DNA of 64,000 nt from an uncultured delta proteobacterium. Lineage in GTDB: Bacteria; Myxococcota; B64-G9. The notes beneath the pieces are model-generated. The model was not told where the DNA came from. It did no database searches and was given only the letters and a program-made list of their open reading frames with translations. The position numbers and the translations under genes were made by a program. Shown one piece after another: positions 61,532 to 64,000 of this stretch (its first letter is position 1; each line of letters starts with the position of its first letter). The stretch covers positions 1,216,001 through 1,280,000 of the forward strand of contig CAVWHX010000004.1 of the NCBI GenBank assembly GCA_963754925.1. The letters run 5' to 3'.

Positions 61532-62782
61532 TTAGTTGTCAGGGAAAAGTTTGATGGCGCCATATTTCCCATCGAACCCGGCCGAGCATACGACCCTGCC
61601 TTCGCGCATCCGACGCAGTGCTTCGCTGAGACGGTCAAACCCGCGCCGTAACACATCCTCCAGTGGGATCTCCCGTAAGATAAATAGTTCGGGACCACAT
61701 TCAGAAAGTAGTTGGTTGTAAAGCTGGAGGACACTCTTGCTGGTGGTGCCTTTCGAGAGGACTTCGCTGAGTATTTCAACCAAGGGAATCAAGCGGTCGA
61801 AGTCCCGCGCCTTTTGAGGGCGAACTCCCGTCGGGCGATCGGCGAGTTCTTCGATCCGGTGCATGACGCCGACGGTGATCGGTTTGCCGCAGACCGGGCA
61901 GAGCCCGCGCCGGTTACGGGCTTCTTGCGGCGTCAGTCTGACGTTGCAGGTGCGATGTCCGTCAAGATGGTATTTTCCCTCCTCGGGAAAAAACTCGATC
62001 GTGCCTAGAAACTTTTTGCGATCGGCCGACCGCAGCGCTTCCATCATGGCATGATAGGAGATCTCGCAACCGAATGCATTGGCCTCGCGAGCCAGCTTGC
62101 TCAGGGAATGCGCATCGGAATTGGACACCAAGGCGAAGCGATCCAGGCTCGATAGGCGCCAGTTCATGGGCGGGTCGGACGAGAGGCCGGTCTCAACCGC
62201 AACGATGTGCTTGGCAAGCGATCCATAACACTCTTGAATGGAATCAAAGCCTGATTTGGATCCTAAGCACGAAAACCAGGGCGTCCAAATATGCGCTGGA
62301 ATGAGGACCGTCGCCGGTCCCGCCTCAAGCGCTATCTCGAGCAGATCACGGCTGTCGAGTCGCAGGATCGGCCGGCCATCCGCGGCCAGATTACCCCTCT
62401 TTGCAAGCGCAGCGGCAAATCGATCGGCCGACGCAACGTCAGGAGCGCAGACGAGGTGATGCACCTTGTATACTCGTGCTGCACGCGTATAGACGGTGCT
62501 AATCTCGGCGGTAAGCATGAAGCGAACGTGGTTCCTGCACGTTTTGGGAACCCCGGTATCTGCCTGGCGAGCGAGATCGGTGCGGAGCCGGAAAAGACCA
62601 TTGCCGTCAGGGACCAGCTGTTCTTTGATCTCGCGACGCCATTGCGGATGGGTGAAATCGCCGGTTCCAAGCACCTGGACGCCCTTGACTTGGGCCGCCG
62701 CGTGCAAGCGCACCAGATCGAGGTCCTTACTGGTGGCCCGGGAAAAACGCGAATGGATGTGCAAGTCGGCGATAAACGGCAT
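61532..62782 (-). CDS. Endonuclease Q-like PHP-domain protein
   Basis: ADLHIHS.FSRATS, GTGDFTHP.W, PAHIWTPWFS, ETGLSSDP, SNSDAHS, EGKYH.DGHR.C, CP.CG. Confidence 0.9.
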   Translation of the reverse strand: MPFIADLHIHSRFSRATSKDLDLVRLHAAAQVKGVQVLGTGDFTHPQWRREIKEQLVPDGNGLFRLRTDLARQADTGVPKTCRNHVRFMLTAEISTVYTRAARVYKVHHLVCAPDVASADRFAAALAKRGNLAADGRPILRLDSRDLLEIALEAGPATVLIPAHIWTPWFSCLGSKSGFDSIQECYGSLAKHIVAVETGLSSDPPMNWRLSSLDRFALVSNSDAHSLSKLAREANAFGCEISYHAMMEALRSADRKKFLGTIEFFPEEGKYHLDGHRTCNVRLTPQEARNRRGLCPVCGKPITVGVMHRIEELADRPTGVRPQKARDFDRLIPLVEILSEVLSKGTTSKSVLQLYNQLLSECGPELFILREIPLEDVLRRGFDRLSEALRRMREGRVVCSAGFDGKYGAIKLFPDN

Positions 62783-62924
62783 GGAGTTAAACCGATCGAT
62801 TACCTCCGACAGTAACGGGGTGCTTCCGATAAGTCAACGTACCAGAGACGGTTGCCGAACACCCGTAAGCCTCTTGCAAGCTGACACACTACTGAGACAT
62901 TGAATCAGCACCCGGTGCGCTAGC

Positions 62925-62953
62925 TTGACAGCTCGCGCGGCGGTGCGTAGGGT
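62925..62953 (+). promoter_or_regulatory. Probable sigma70 promoter directly upstream of DUF4175 gene
   Basis: TTGACA-17 nt-TAGGGT. Confidence 0.45.
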
Positions 62954-62962
62954 ACCGTTGAG

Positions 62963-64000
62963 ATGGCCTCTTCGGCGGAAATCATTAATGAATTCATCGG
63001 GCGTGCGCGGCGCCGACTGATGTGCATGGAGCTTAGCGCCGGTATGTTGATCGGTATGTGCTTCTGCCTCGGCCTCGTGGTTGGGGTAACGGTCTCAACC
63101 TGGGTGTTTGGACCCCTGTCGATCGTTCGCGCGCTCGCTTGGTTTCTCTTACCGTTTGGGTTGTTGGTCGTGGTCTTTTGGTATTGGGTATTGCCACGCC
63201 TGCGCTGGCGTTATCCCATTACCGTGGCGCGCCGGATCGAACATGACCTCCTCGAAGACCGCCTCGAGTTGGTAAGCGCCATTCAGTTGCAACAAACCGA
63301 CGATCCGTTGTGGTCGAGAATGTACAGTCAAGAGTTGGTCGCGGCTCACCTCGATCGAGTGGCGCAGTTGCTCAAGGAGCAGGATCCGCGCCGCGTTGCG
63401 ACGCGCGCGCGGTTGCGCGCACCGCTGTACGGCCTTACGGCAATAGTGACGATGGCGTTGATGCTGGGTTTGTTCCGGCCAGACACGTATGGGCAGGCCT
63501 ATCGGTTGCTGGTTGCAGCTCCCGCTGTGGCAGCGAGGGTGGAAGACAAGGCAGCTCTGCTGCCGACGTGGTTGGGGGACATTCAGTTGAACTATCGCTA
63601 CCCGGCGTATTCCGGCCGTGAGAACCGGACGGTTAACGGGTCGGATGGCTCGATCGTGGCTCTTCCGGGCACGGAGGTCACCATACGCGCACGCGCCGAT
63701 CGGCCGATCGCGCGCGGTTATTTGAATAGCAACGGAGAGACGTCGGCGCTGTCGATTGAAAACGAACGTCAGTTGACCGGCCGTCTGGTTGTTCAAAAGG
63801 AGGGTGACTACCGCTTCATTCTCACGGATCAGGATAACGTGGTTTTGGAAGAGTCGCGCGGCCACTCGATTCATCTTGAAAACGATCGGCCGCCCGAGGT
63901 AATCCTCCACCGCCCCGCCCAGGACCAGGTAGTGCATGAACGCGATTCTATTCTGTTGACCATCGAGGCGCGCGACGATTTTGGCCTGCAGGAATTGCGG
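62963..64000 (+). CDS. DUF4175-like membrane protein, partial (runs off window; absent from ORF track)
   Basis: Open frame from ATG 62963; TMs, L.SA.QL, YRYPAYSG, ALPGT.V, D.PP.V, ARDDFGL. Confidence 0.8.
   Translation, partial: MASSAEIINEFIGRARRRLMCMELSAGMLIGMCFCLGLVVGVTVSTWVFGPLSIVRALAWFLLPFGLLVVVFWYWVLPRLRWRYPITVARRIEHDLLEDRLELVSAIQLQQTDDPLWSRMYSQELVAAHLDRVAQLLKEQDPRRVATRARLRAPLYGLTAIVTMALMLGLFRPDTYGQAYRLLVAAPAVAARVEDKAALLPTWLGDIQLNYRYPAYSGRENRTVNGSDGSIVALPGTEVTIRARADRPIARGYLNSNGETSALSIENERQLTGRLVVQKEGDYRFILTDQDNVVLEESRGHSIHLENDRPPEVILHRPAQDQVVHERDSILLTIEARDDFGLQELR

Noticed and set aside
63149..63937. 262-aa minus-strand ORF
   Set aside because: Antisense to the DUF4175-like frame, which carries the recognisable motifs

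Overview
Bacterial chromosomal window, probably from a Myxococcota/deltaproteobacteria-like lineage (inferred from gene content), in three parts. (1) 1-29.7 kb: a visibly AT-richer surface-glycan locus with two AsnB-like amidotransferases, several glycosyltransferases, a Wzy-like polymerase, a radical SAM/Twitch enzyme, four O/N-type SAM methyltransferases, an fnlA-reductase-C-methyltransferase-2-epimerase-wbuB sugar block, an antisense acyltransferase, a WecA with a duplicated unknown C-terminal domain, and a convergent O-antigen-ligase/TPR fusion. (2) 29.8-31.2 kb: an intact IS3-family element with a 4-bp target duplication, inserted in a nest of palindromic repeats. One 44-nt hairpin from this nest recurs at 54.1 kb with compensatory base changes. 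(3) 31.5-64 kb: GC-richer core-like genes (moxR-DUF58-batA-E, bamD, TPR, FHA proteins, murJ, ompA, PilZ, speA, M20 hydrolase, histidine kinase, rubrerythrin, MFS, yjbQ, GNAT, EndoQ-like, DUF4175). About a dozen single-base indels in short homopolymers split genes and look like sequencing or assembly errors. I recognised no rRNA, tRNA or CRISPR array. All family calls come from motif recognition by eye, not database searches.
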